DNA of 64,000 nt from Mobula hypostoma (Eukaryota). The translations under genes and the position numbers were made by a program. Each line of letters opens with the position of its first letter. The first letter of the stretch is position 1. The stretch spans positions 248,001-312,000 of the forward strand of contig NC_086101.1 of the NCBI RefSeq assembly GCF_963921235.1, in the 5' to 3' direction. Positions 37,659 through 51,000 of the stretch are shown one piece after another. Under the pieces are notes generated by a model, which was not told the origin of the DNA, did not search any database, and was given only the letters and a program-made list of their open reading frames with translations.

Positions 37659-40600
37659 AGGAAGGGTGTTGAGAAAAAGGACCGCAAAGGTAGTAATCTC
37701 GGGACTACTGACTGTGCCACGCGACAGTGAGAGTAGGAATGCAATGAAGTGGAGGATAAATGCATGGCTGAGGGATTGGAGTAGGGGGCAGGGATTCAAG
37801 TGCTTGGATCATTGGGACCTCTTTTGGCGCAGGTGTGACCTGTACAAAAAGGACGGCTTAAACTTGAATCCTAGGGGGACCAATAACCTGGCGGGGAGAT
37901 TTGCGAGGGCTACTGAGGTGACTTTCAACTAGAATGGTTGGGGGGTGAGAATCAAATTAAAGAGACTAGGAGAGAGGAGGTTAGTTCACAACAGGGGGAT
38001 GAGAACAAGTGCACACAGTCAGAGGGGTGTAAAATGAGGGTAGAAGCAAAAAGTAGTAAGGTGAAAAGTAGAAGTGGCAGGCCGGAAAATCCAGGGCAAA
38101 AATCAAAAAGGGCCACTTTTCAACATAATTGTATAAGGGCTAAGTGTGTTGCAAAAGCGAGCCTGAAGGCTTTGTGTGTCAATGCAAGGAGCATACATAA
38201 CAAGGTGGATGAATTAAAAGTGCGGATTGTTATTAATGAATATGATATAATTGGGATCACAGAGACATGGCTACAGAGTGACCAAGGGTGGGAGCTCAAC
38301 ATTCAGGGATATTCAATATTCAGGAGGGACAGACATGAAAGAAAAGGAGGTGGTGTAGCATTGCTGGTTAGAGAGGAGATTAAGGCAATAAAAAGAAAGG
38401 ACATTAGCCGGGAGGATGTGGAATCGATATGGGTAGAGCTGCATAACACTAAGGGGCAGAAAACGCTGGTGGGAGTTGTGTACAGGCCACCTAACAATAG
38501 TAGTGAGGTTGCGAATGGTATTAAACAGGAAATTAGAAATGCGTGCAATAAAGGAACAGCAGTTATAATGAGTGACTTCAATCTACATATAGATTGGGTG
38601 AACCAAATTGGTAAGGGTGCTGAGGAAGAGGATTTCTTGGAATGTATGCGGGATGGTTTTTTGGACCAACATGTTGAGGAACCAACTAGAGAGCAGGCTA
38701 TTCTGGACTGGGTGTTGAGCAATGAGGAAGGGTTAATTAGCAATCTCGTCGTGAGAGTCCCCTTCGGTAAGAGTGACCATAATATGGTGGAATTCTTCAT
38801 TAAGATGCAGAGTGACATAGTTAATTCAGAAACAAAGGTTCTGAACCTAAAGAAGGGTAACTTTGAAGGTATGAGACGTGTATTAGCTAAGATAGACTGG
38901 CAAATGACACTTCAAGGGTTGACGGTGGATATGCAATGGCAAGCATTTAAAGATCGCATGGATGAAATATAACAATTGTTCATCCCGGTTTGGCAAAAGA
39001 ATAAATCAGGGAAGGTAGTGCACCCGTGGCTGACAAGGGAAATTAGGGATAGTATCAATTCCAAGGAAGAAGCATACAAATTAGCCAGAAAAAGCGTCTT
39101 ACCTGAGGACTGGGAGAAATTCAGTGTCCAGCAGAGGAGGACAAAGGGCTTAATTAGGAAAGGGAAAAAAGATTATGAGAGAAAACTGGCAGGGAACATA
39201 AAAACTGACTGTAAAAGCTTTTATAGATATGTGAAGTGAAAAAAGATTGGTTAAGATAAATGTAGGTCCCCTACAGACAGAAACACGTGAATTGATTATG
39301 GGGAGCAAGGACATGGCAGACCAATTGAATAACTACTTTGGTTCTGTCTTCACTAAGGAGGACATAAATAATCTTCCGGAAATAGTAGGGGACAGAGGAT
39401 CTAGTGAGATGGAGGAACTGAGGGAAATACATGTTCGTAGGGAAGTGGTGTTAGGTAAATTGAAGGGATTAAAGGCAGATAAATCCCCAAGGCCAGATGG
39501 TCTGCATCCGAGAGTGCTAAGGACGTAGCCCAAGAAATAGTGGATGCATTAGTGATGATTTTTCAAAACTCTTCAGATTCTGGACTAGTTCCTGAGGATT
39601 GGAGGGTGGCTAATGTAACCCCACTTTTTAAAAAAGGAGGGAGAGAGAAACCGGGGAATTATAGACCGGTTAGCCAAACATCGGTGGTGGCGAAAATGCT
39701 AGAGTCAGTTATCAAAGATGTGATAACAGCACATTTGGAAAGCGGTGAAATCATCAGACAAAGTCAGCATGGATTTGTGAAAAGAAAATCATGTCTGACG
39801 AATCTCATGGAATTTTTTGAGGATGTAACTAGTAGAGTGGATAGGGGAGAACCAGCGGATGTGGTATATTTGGATTTTCAAAAGGCTTGTGACAAGGTCC
39901 CACACAGCAGATTACTGTGCAAACTTAAAGCCCACGGTATTGGGGGTAAGGTATTGATGTGGATAGAGAATTGGTTAGCAAACCGGAAGCAAAGAGTGGG
40001 AATAAACGGGAACTTTTCAGAATGGCAGACAGTGACTAGTGGGGTACCGCAAGGCTCAATGCTGGGACCTCAGTTGTTTACAATATATATTAATGACTTA
40101 GATGAGGGAATTAAATGCAGCATCTCCAAGTTTGCGGATGACACGAAGCTGGGCGGCAGTGTTAGCTGTGAGGAGGATGCTAAGAGGATGCAGGTTGACT
40201 TGGATAGGTTAGGTGAGTGGGCAAATTCATGGCAGATGCAATTTAATGTGGATTAATGTGAGATTATCTACTTTGGTGGCAAAAACAGGAAAACAGATTA
40301 TTATTTGAATGCTGGCCTATTGGGAAAAGGGGAGGTGCAACGAGACCTGGGTGTCATTATACACCAGTCATTGAAAGTGGGCATGCAGGTACAGCAGGCG
40401 GTGAAAAAGGTGAATGGTATGCTGGCATTCATAGGAAGAGGATTCGAGTACAGGAGCAGGGAGGTTCACCTGATTGATTCCTGGGATGGCAGGACTTTCA
40501 TACGATGAAAGACTGGATCGACTAGACTTATATTCGTTGGAATTTAGAAGATTGAGGGGGGATCTTATTGAAACGTATAAAATCCTAAAGGGATTAGACA

Positions 40601-40955
40601 GGCTAGATGCAGGAAGATTGTTCCCGAAGTTGGGGAAGTCCAGAACGAGAGGCCACAGTTTGAGGATAATGGGGAAGCCTTTTAGGACCGAGATGAGGAA
40701 AAACTTCTTCACACAGAGTGTGGTGAATCTGTGGAATTCTTTGCCACAGGAAACAGTCGAGGCCAGTGCATTGATATATTTAAGAGGGAGTTAGATATGG
40801 CCCTTGTGGCTAAAGGGATCGGGGGAATGGAGAGAAGGCTGGTACAGGGTTCTGAGTTGTATGATCAGCCATGATCATACTGAATGGTGGTGCAGACTCG
40901 ATGGGCCGAATGGCCTACTCCTGCACCTATTTTCTATGTTTCTATGTTTGTATGT

Positions 40956-41260
40956 TCCCCCCGGGTCCCCTCCTCTTTCCCTCTCTCCTGTGATCCACTC
41001 TCCTCCCCTGTCAGATTCTTTTTTCTACGGCCCACCCTTCCTTGTCCTTTCCCACCCATCAGTTTCCAGCTCGCCTCTCTCCCCTCCCCGACCACATTTT
41101 TATTCTGTCATCTTCCCCCGAGTTTCTCAGTCCTGTAGAAGGTCTCGACTCGAAAAGCGGACTATTTATTAATTTCCATAGAAACTGCCTGAGCTTCTGA
41201 GTTCCTCCAGCGTTCTGTGTGAGTTGCTTTGGATTTCCAACACTTGCAGACCTTCTGGTG
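40956..41260 (+). mobile_element. Penelope-like terminal repeat remnant
   Basis: Pyrimidine-rich tract, then cagtcctgtagaaggtctcgactcgaaa and gagttcctccagcgttctgtgt; homologous to 3165-3325. Confidence 0.6.
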
Positions 41261-41269
41261 CTCGTTCCA

Positions 41270-41800
41270 GAAATCGCGGTCCGTGACCAGCCGATCACAT
41301 GTGCATGCGTAAGGGTCGCGGAGAGTCTCGCGCGTGCGCTCGGTGGTCAAAGGGCATTTGCAGACTTGGCGGCAGGCAGGAGCTGGGATCTGGCCGGTCT
41401 TTATCATCGGTACCGGCGTCCGAACCGCGACTGAAGTCCAATTACTGTGAGTTCCGTCTACACCCCGGAACAGTCCCTTCCCTCTCTCTCAGCGCAATGA
41501 TCCGTACTCGGGCTCCGGGGAACTCGCTGTTGATAAGCGAAGGTGCTGGAGCCGTGGCGGATAGATGGGTTTCTTGTTCGTGCGGGGTTCTGGGTAAAGA
41601 GGAAGCCATAGATGACAGGACCAGCGTTTTCCCCGTCAGTCCGTAGGGCGTATTTGGAAGCGCAGGAGAGGAAAGGGCAGCAGATGGATCACTCAGGCAC
41701 TACGGAGCACCGAATACCTTACCCTCCGGTAAATGAAAATACCAATTTGTACTGCATGAAAAGAGCAAAACAAATTCCTTACATCAGCTTTAGTCCTTGA
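41270..41800 (+). promoter_or_regulatory. CpG-rich putative promoter/first exon of ZNF unit 2
   Basis: High CpG; NRF1-like GTGCATGCGT and GCGCGTGCGC; blocks caattactgtga, atgatccgtac and ttctgggta.agagg.agccata shared with 3326-3810; candidate donor GTGAGT near 41448. Confidence 0.6.
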
Positions 41801-42414
41801 GGATATCACCTTTGTTCCATCTTGTTCTGGACCTTTCTACCCGTGAGAACACGTTTAGTACCATTCGCTTTGGGTACATAATGATATCAAATACCTTTGG
41901 CCTGGATAACAAGTGACCTGTAGTTTTCACATCACAAGTGTGCCACACTCCAATGAGAACGAGGACTGCCCTCCATCATGTTCTTTGGCATTGCCTCTGT
42001 TGAGTTCTCCAGCGTCAATCACCTGTGCGGAGGGGCAGAGTAACTTGAAACTCTCCAGGGTTTGCCATGGAACATCACGTGCTCTTTGTAGTGCTGTAGT
42101 ACATGACCAGAACTTGAAATAATTTATTTTTCTCACGTTGTGTGGACCAACAATTTGTCTGAAGGTTAAATTTTTTATGCAGCCTGAAAACAGGACGGCA
42201 CAATACCACCTGTGCAGTAAAAAAGGCTCTCTGTGTGGGCACATTTCAGTTACTGCGCAGCTTAGAATAATATGGAACAGAGAATAATACAGAGAAGGAA
42301 GCAGACTGAGCCAAGTCAGTGATTGAATGTCCCATTCTTACACAGGCAGGAAGACTGTCGGAGAATGAGATGAACAGACCAGTTTCCGGCACCATGAACA
42401 GTTAGTCTCCTCAT

Positions 42415-43080
42415 CAGATACAGGAGCAGAATCAGGTCATTTGGACCATCGAGTCTGCTCCACCATTCATTACAGCTGATCCATTTTCCCTCTCATGCCA
42501 CTCTCCTGCCTTCTCTCCATATTCCTTCATGCCCTGACTAATCAAGAATCCACCACCCCCTTCCCTAAACTATAGCCAATCACTTGGCCTCCAGACCAAC
42601 TTATAACAACACATTCCACAGATTCACCACACTCCAGTAAAAGAAATTGCTCCTCATCTCCATTATGAAAGAGCAAAGCTCGATTTTGAGGCTGTGTTCT
42701 CTGGTCTTAGACTCCCCCACCTCCGTAAATGTACTCTCCACATCCACTACATCGAGACTTTTCAGTGAGGGCCCCTTCATTCTTCTGAACTCCAGTCAGT
42801 AGATGCCCCAAACCATCAAACACTCTTCATATGACAAACCTTATAATTCCAGAAATATTTTTGTAAACTTCCTTTGAACCCCCTCCAATGTAAGCACGTC
42901 TGTTCTAGATAAGGGGCCTGAATCTGCTCTCAAGAGTCCATGTGAGCCCACACCTGTGCTTTATAAATACTCAACAACACATCCTTGCTTTTATAGTCTC
43001 GTACTCTTCAATTCAATTTTCTCTCCATTGAGACAATAGTCTGCACTCTCATTGCTTCTAACAAAGAGGATGACCATACA
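42415..43080 (-). mobile_element. Old CR1 3' fragment
   Basis: caggagcagaatcaggtcatttggaccatcgagtctgctcc; attccacagattcaccac. Confidence 0.75.
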
Positions 43081-43135
43081 CTTCTCTAAATAATGTCTTT
43101 CACTCATTGATGTCTTTTGTAAATCCTTTTTACAG

Positions 43136-44540
43136 GTTAGAAATGGCAAAAAAATTGTATATGGAAATTTTAAACAGAACATCATGTCAGTTTTGCTGCC
43201 TCTGCCCAGATATTTAAGGAGTTACTAGATATTCAACAATATATCAGTATTGGTCCTTGGAGATGAAGAAATATGCTATCCCAGCTGGAAAAGTGCTTTG
43301 TGTCTGAGATGAAGTCTTCTGTTGTAGCTCCGTGAAATCCACTGGAAGTGGGGTGCTGAGAACACACCAGTATTTGTTCACTGGAGATCAGTTCTTCAAC
43401 TACATCGATTGTGCAAGGGATTCCCTACATCTGACATTTGACTTATGAATTGACAAAGAACTGTGTGAGGGGATTCACTCTAAACTCACTCATCTGACCT
43501 GCATGCACACCAGCGAGTTCACCCTGATGAGATGTTGTTCACCTGTGCTGATTGTGGGAAGGGATTCACTCAGTCATCCACCCTACTGACACAACAGTGA
43601 GTTCACACTGGTGAGAAACCATTCACTTGCCCAGACACTGGGAAGGGATTCACTCAGTCATCACAACTGCAGAGACACCTGTCAGTTCACACTGGGGAGA
43701 AGCCATTCACCTGTTCAGACTGTGGGAAGGGATTCACTTGGTCATCTGAACTGAAGGTACATCAGCGAACTCACACTGGGGAGAGGCCGTTCACCTGCTC
43801 AGGCTGTGGGAAAGGGTTTATTCGGTCATATCAGCTGAAAGTACATCAGCGATTTCACACTGGGGAGAGGCCATTCACCTGCTCAGTCTGTAGGAAAGGA
43901 TTCAGTCATTCATCTGTACTGAAGATACATCAGCGAATTCACACTGGGGAGAGACCATTCACCTGCTCAGACTGTGGGAAGAAATTCACTGACTCATCCA
44001 GCCTACAGGCGCACCGGCGAGTTCATACTGGAGAGAGGCTATTCATCTGTTCAGACTGTGGGAAGGCATTTACTCGGTGATCTCAAGTGATGGTACACCA
44101 GCGAATTCACACTTGGGAGAGGCCATTTTCCTGCTCTGAATGTGGGAAGAGATTCACTCATTTATCTGACCTGCAAGTGCACCAGCGAGTCCACACTGGA
44201 GAGAGGATATTCACCTGCTCAGACTGTGGGAAAGGGTTTATTCGGTCATATCAGCTGAAGGTGCATCAACGAGTTCACACTGGTGAGAGACCATTCACCT
44301 GCTCAGACTGTGGAAGGGGATTTACTCAGTCATCTCAACTGATGGTACATCAGCGAATTCACACTGGTGAGAGGCCATACGCCTGCTCTGAATGTGGAAA
44401 GAGTTTCAATCAGTCATCTGACTTACAGACACACCGACGAGTCCACACTGGGGAGAGGCCATTCTCCTGCTCTGAATGTGAGAAGAGATTCTCTCAGTCA
44501 TCCCACCTTGTCACACACTACTGAGTTCACACTGGGGAAA
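43136..44540 (+). pseudogene. C2H2 ZNF unit 2 terminal exon, about 12 finger units, disrupted by in-frame stops
   Basis: Acceptor tttttacag|G at 43135/43136; 84-bp repeats ~43540-44540; TGA at ~43598, ~44078 and 44522; a 5-finger ORF (44087-44524) remains. Confidence 0.8.
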
Positions 44541-44779
44541 CAGTTTAAACAGGCTACAGACTGGATATTTAACCATCACAGTTCAAAAGTGACTGGTGGG
44601 GCCGAACTCGGCAATTATTGCTGCTGTTTATCAAACCCAGTTCTGCACTCTGGTCACCGGGCGTGGGAGGTATTCCTCGGCTAATGTTCACGTTTAATGG
44701 ACTGGAGTTTAATGGTTTTTATCTGTGACACAGAAATCAGTTGTAATTTAAATTCTGTCTGCATCGACAGAATCTCCTT

Positions 44780-45264
44780 TCTCTCCCCTAACTATCATCT
44801 CCTATAACTACCGCAAGTCCTACATTTACACTTCCCTGTTGAGCATCTGAGCCGACAGTGTCAGCAGCCTTTCTGTTGCTGCTGGGCCCCAAAGGGTCAA
44901 TTCCCCCGCTTCCCACATCAGGGTCACCCCCAACACCCAGCAGTATCCAACTGCTGAGGAGAATTCCCACAGGACAGCCCTGCTTCAACTTCCGAATGCC
45001 CCTTACCGCTGCTGGTGGTCACGCATCTCCTATCCGGAGCCTGTACTCTGGCTGTGGCCATCTCTTCAGATGTTTCATTGATAGTATCTTCAGGCTCCCA
45101 AATAATCCTGAGTATATCCAACTCCCTGACCCAGGCAGTCAGGTGCTGTGGTTGGATGCACTTCCTGCAAATATAGTCATCAAGGAAACTGTCAAATATC
45201 CAGAATTCCCACATCTGACACAAAGAGCATCCCATCCTGACTGCTCTGCACTAAAATACACCAC
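44780..45264 (-). mobile_element. CR1 ORF1 N-terminal remnant
   Basis: ORF 44924-45235 CSLCQMWE..YICRKCIQ..VRELD. Confidence 0.72.
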
Positions 45265-46200
45265 TGTGGGTCAGGAAGGAATTAACATATGCAAGAAAAC
45301 ATCAAACTTGAATGGGTCAATGACAATGGAAGTAGAGTGATCAATTGTCTGTGTTCTTGCCATGAGGTCGAAGGAATAGAGGCTGCCATTTTGTGAAGCT
45401 GCTCTGTAACCCCCATTTTGTGAACTGATTGATGAACTGATTCTTGCTGTGGGATAACCTAATGAGATCAATTGAACACAAGAAGTTTTTTGTATTCGCA
45501 TTCTAATACTGAAATCACTCTCAGATAAGCCATGTATTATGTACACTGTCAGGATTTCAGAAGTAATCTCGTTATCTCTGAACCTGAAATCACTTTCAGA
45601 TAAACTGTGTATCATTTACACTGTCAGGTCTGCAGAAGGAATCTCGTTATTTCTGCCGAGTGTGTGAACCAGAGTTGAAGAGAACAAAAGGAGTCACCTT
45701 CGGCATGAAGTACATCCAATGGGACTCTGTTAGTCAACAGCCTGGTAAACTTCAGCCAACAGGAATGAGTTGCATCCTGTGAACTGATAAGAGGTGCTTA
45801 ACAAGTTAAGAGTTTCAGCTTCACAGGTGTGCTAACTCCTGAGACTAACCATCACAAGGAAGATCCCCCATGAAAGGGACTGGGAGAAGAAATGATTGAT
45901 CATTTGGACAAAGGAGAATCCCTTGTTTAAGTGTTGTGAATTTGATAAGTGGTCTGGGTGTGTATTACTACAGAGGGAACAATGAAATTCATGTTTTAAG
46001 TTGTTGGCCTGGGGTCAACATAGTTACTTTGTCTTTTGTGCAGGAACAATTAAGTGCGAGCTTTCATTAATTAAAAGTTGCCTGCTGAGTTTCCAAACTG
46101 ATTTCAGCTGATGAACGGTCAACATATTTTGGCACCCTGGGGTGCACTCGAAAAGAAAGAAAAGTGGTCTGGGACCCTGGTTTCCAGTTGAACCACACAG
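45265..46200 (+). mobile_element. 5' LTR (45265-46124) plus tRNA primer-binding site of an LTR retroelement (Gypsy or ERV)
   Basis: TG...CA ends; ATTAAA 46070-46075; 18-nt TGGCACCCTGGGGTGCAC (46130-46147) followed by TCGAA; LTR start is less certain. Confidence 0.62.
45509..45655 (+). repeat. 75-bp-period direct repeat (2 copies) inside the putative LTR
   Basis: ctgaaatcact.tcagataa...tacactgtcagg...aatctcgttat.tctg at 45509 and 45584. Confidence 0.85.
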
Positions 46201-48061
46201 TAGGTTAGGATATTTTTTTTATCAATAATAAAAAAAAACAAAATAGTAAAGCTTTTTATGGAAAAAAGAAAGAAAGAAATAAAAAACCCCTACTAACTAA
46301 AACAGGAAAAAAAAACCATTTGGAGCACAAACCCGGAGCTATACGCCATACAAGCTCCCATAAAAAAGGACATCAATCCGCCAACCAAATCCTTATATCC
46401 AAGCGTCAGAAAAGGACCATCTTTATTAACTCAAATCAAATGATAATAATGGGCAAAAGAACCCCACCTTTTCTCGAAGTCAAATCTAGGATCAAAAGTT
46501 CGACCACTAATTTTTTTTCCAAACTAAGACATAACATCACCTGAGAGAACCATTGTTTCAAAGTGGGAGTAGAGGCATCTTTCCATTTTAATAAAATAGC
46601 CCTTCTAGCCAATAATGTGACAAATGCAATTACGTATTGGTCTGATATAGAAATACCGTGAATATATTGAGGAATTTTACCAAACAGAACTGTCAATTTA
46701 TTAGGTTGAAAATTGATTTTTAAAGCTTTAGAAATTGTAGAAAAAATAGATTTCCAAAATTGTTTCAATACAGAACACGACCAAAACATTTGTGATCACG
46801 TAGCTATCACAGTTTTGCATCTATCACACTGACTATTTACATTAGGAAATATTTTAGACAATCTTTCCTTTGTCAAATAATAAAGATGTACAATTTTAAA
46901 TTGAATTAGAGAATGACTGGTACAAATCGAAGAAGAGTTAACCAGCTTCAAAATTCGCAACCAATCCTCTGTTATCAAGGTCATGTTAAGCTCTCTATCC
47001 CAATCTTGCTTAATCTTAACTGAAGGATAGTTATCCTGTTGTAATAGTAAATTATAAATTTTCCCAAAAAATATTTCACTAAAGGGTTCATTTTTAAAAT
47101 AATGTCTAACAGGTCAGAGTCTTGTATATGTGGAAAATTACTTAAATATTCTTGTAAGAAATGTCTGACCTGAAGATATTGCAAAAAATGTGAATATGAG
47201 AGAGAGTATTTAGTTACTAGTTTCTCAAAGGACATCAATCAGCCTTCTTGAAATAAGTTCAAAAAGGAAAAAAAATCCTTTATTCCTCCAAAAAGAAAAG
47301 GTAGGATCACTAAGTGAAGGTTTAAATAAATAGTTTTGATAAATTAAACTAAAAAGGTTAATTTTTTTAAGATTGAAAAACTTACGAAACTGGTACCAGA
47401 TTCGTAATGATTGATTAATCATATGATTTATATTTAGAATATAAATTTTGGCTAATTGTACAGGTAAAGGAGCTCCTAATAACGAGGTTAAATGAAATTG
47501 TTTCACAATTTTCAATTCCAAATCAACGCAAGATGGTATAATCATCATTTTTACTGCATGAATTCGACCTGCTAACGAAAGTGTAAGTGGATTCTATCTA
47601 GAAAAAAGTTGCTTCATAGAATCCACTAAGGGAACTAAATTAGCTCTCTAAAGGTCTCCATAATTTTTAGTGATGATAATACCTAACTATTTAAAAGAAT
47701 CCGTAACTTTTAGAGGAATGTCATCATATATAGAAGCAGAATTATTTAAAGGAAATAATTCATTTTTATGCAGGTTTAACTTACATCCTGAAAACAATCC
47801 AAATTCATTTAATAATTTCAATAAACTACGAATAGATTCTTCGGGATTCGGAACATAAACCAAAAGATCATCCGCATAAAGGGAGATCTTATGAGTAGTC
47901 CCATTTATAGAAATTCCTTGAATATTTTTAGCTTCACGAAGTGCAATATCCAAAGGTTCCAACATTAACTTAAATAACAGAGGACTGAACGGACATCCTT
48001 GTCTCGTACCCCGGGAGAGTTGGAAAAAGGGGGATCTACGGTTATTAGTAATTACAGTGGC

Positions 48062-51000
48062 AATAGGGCTTTTGTCCTGGGCCGTGTCTACGCCCACCTG
48101 GACAGGCCTACTGTGAGGGTCATGTTACACAGAAACATAGAAAATAGGTGCAGGAGTAGGTCATTCGGCCCTTCGAGCCTGCACCACCATTCAGTATGAT
48201 CATGGCTGATCATCCAACTCAGAACCCTGTACCAGCCTTCCCTCCATACCCGCTGATCCCTTTAGCCACAAGGGCCATATCTAACTCGCTCTTAAATATA
48301 GCCAATGAACTGGCCTCAACTGCTTCCTCTGGCAGAGAATTCCACAGATTCACCACTCTCTGTGTGAAGAAGTTTTTCCTGGTCTCGGTCCTAAAAGGCT
48401 TCCCCTTTATCCTCAGACTGTGACTCCTCGTTCTGGACTTCCCCAACATCGGGAACAATCTTCCTGCATCTAGCCTGTCCAATCCCTTTAGGATTTTATA
48501 CGTTTCAATAAGATCCCCCAACAATCTTCTAAATTCCAACGAGTATAAGCCTAGTCGATCCAGTCTTTCATCATATGAAAGTCCTGCCATCCCAGGAATC
48601 AATCTGGTGAACCTTTTTTGTACTCCCTCTATGGCAAGGATGTCTTTCTTCAGATTAGGGGACCAAAACTGCACACAGTACTCCAGGTGTGGTCTCACCA
48701 AGGCCTTGTACAACTGCAGCAGTACCTCCCTGCTCCTGTACTCGAATCCTCTTGCTATAAATGCCAGCATACCATTCGTCTTTTTCACCGCCTGCTGTAT
48801 CTGCATGCCCACTTTCAATGACTGGTGTATAATGACACCCAGGTCTCGTTGTACCTCCCCTTTTCCTAACGGGCGACAATTCAGATAATAATTTGTTTTC
48901 CTTCTTTTGCTACAAAAGTGGATAGCCTCACATTCATCCACATTAAATTGCATCTGCCATGAATTTGCCCACTCGCCTAACCTATCCAAGTCACCCTGCT
49001 TCCTCTTCGCATCCTCCTCACAGTTAATACTGCCGCCCAGCTTCGTGTCATCCGCAAACTTGGAGATGCTGCAACCAGTTCGCTCATCTACGTCATTAAT
49101 ATATATTGTAAACAACTGGGGTCGCAGCACTGAGCCTTGAAGTACCCAAATAGACACTTCCTGCCATTCTGAAAAGGTCCCGTTTATTCCCACTCTTTGC
49201 TTCCTGTCTGCCAACCAATTCTCTATACACATCAATACCTTACCCCCAATACCGTGTGCTTTCGGTTTCCACTCTAATCTCCTGTGTGGGACCTTGTCAA
49301 AAGCCTTTGGAAAATCCAAATATACCATATCCACTGGTTCTCCCCTGTCCACTCTACTAGTTACATCCTCAAAAAATTCTGAGATTCGTCAGACATGATT
49401 TTCCTTCCACAAATCCATCCTGACTTTGTCCGACGATTTCACCGCTTTCCAAATGTGCTGTTATCACATCTTTGTTAACTGACTCTAGCATTTTCCCCAC
49501 CACGGATGTCAGGCTAACCGGTCTATAATTCCCTGGTTTCTCTCTCCCTCCTTTTTTAAAAAGTGGGGTTACATTCGCCACCCTCCAGTCCTCAGGAACT
49601 AGTCCAGAATCTAAAGAGTTTTGAAAAATTATCACGAATGCATCCACTATTTCTTGGGCTACTTCCTTAAGCACTCTGGGATGCAGACCATCTGGCCTTG
49701 GGGATTTATCTGTCTTTAATCCCTTCAATTTACCTAACACCACTTCCCTACTAACATGTATTTCCCTCAGTTCCTCCATCTCACTGAACCGTCGGTTCCC
49801 TACTATTTCCGGAAGATTATTTATGTCCTCCTTCGTGAAGACAGAACCAAAGTAGTTATTCAGTTGGTCTGTCTTGTCCATGTTCCCCATAATCAATTCA
49901 CCTGTTTCTGTCTGTAGGGGACCTACATTTGTCTTAACCAATCCTTTTCTTTTCACATATCTATAAAAACTTTTAGTCAGTTTTTATGTTCCCTACCCGT
50001 TATCTCTCATAATCTTTTTCCCCTTTCCTAATTAAGCCCTTTGTCCTCCTCTGCTGGACTCTGAATTTCTCCCAGTCCTCAGGTATGCCGCTTTTTCTGG
50101 CTAATTTATATGCTTCGTCTTTGGAATTGATACTATCCCTAATTTCCCTTGTCAGCCACGGGTGCACTACCTTCCCTGATTTATTCTTTTGCCAAACTGG
50201 GATGAACAATTATTGTAGTTCATCCATGCGATCTTTAAATGCTTGCCATTGCATATCCACCATCAACCCTTCAAGTATTATTTGCCAGTCCATCTCAGCT
50301 AATTCACGTTTCATGCCTTCAAAGTTACCCTTCTTTAAGTTCAGAACCTTTGTTTCTGAATTAACTATGTCACTCTCCATCTTAATGAAGAATTCCGCCA
50401 TATTATTGTCACTCTTACCCAAGGGGCCTCTCACGACAAGATTACTAATTAACCCTTCCTCATTGCTCAATACCCATTCTAAAATAGCCTGCTCTCTAGT
50501 TGGTTCCTGGACATGTTGGTTCAAGAAACCATCCCGCATACACTCCAAGAAATCCTCTTCCTCAGCACCCTTACCAATTTGGTTCACCCAATCTATATGT
50601 AGATTGAAGTCACCCATTATAACTGCTGTTCCTTTATTGCACACATTTCTAATTTCCTGTTTAATGCCATCCCCAACCTCATTACTACTGTTAGGTGGCC
50701 TGTACACAACTCCCACCAGCGTTTTCTGCCGCTTAGTGTTATGCAGCTCCACCCATATCGATTCCACATCCTCCCGGCTAATGTCCTTCCTTTCTATTGC
50801 GTTAATCTCCTCTCTAACCATCAATGCTACCCCACCTCCCTTTCTTTCATGTCTATCCCTCCTGAATATTGAATATCCCTGAATGTTTATCTCCCATTCT
50901 TGGTCACCCTCGAGCCATGTCTCTGTGATCCCAACTATATCATATTCATTAATAACAATCTGCACTTTTAATTTTTCCACCTTGTTACGAATGGTCCTTG

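Larger units (their letters stand above)
37056..40955 (+). mobile_element. CR1 LINE, 3' ORF1 through ORF2 and tail, with stops and a deletion
   Basis: ORF1 end 37666-37932; ORF2 pieces 37938-38972 (CVNARSIHNK, ITETWL, YRPP, SDH), 39540-40256, 40474-40794; tail tttctatgtttctatgttt. Confidence 0.92.

Noticed and set aside
37108..37672. ORFs of 97-167 aa in the ribozyme-bearing insert
   Set aside because: GC-rich structured sequence with no recognisable domain; they lie on both strands and one crosses the element boundary
50085..50882. Long antisense ORFs (also 26569-27324, 22609-23013, 38303-38818, 61717-62121)
   Set aside because: Shadow frames opposite CR1 ORF2 with no independent protein signature
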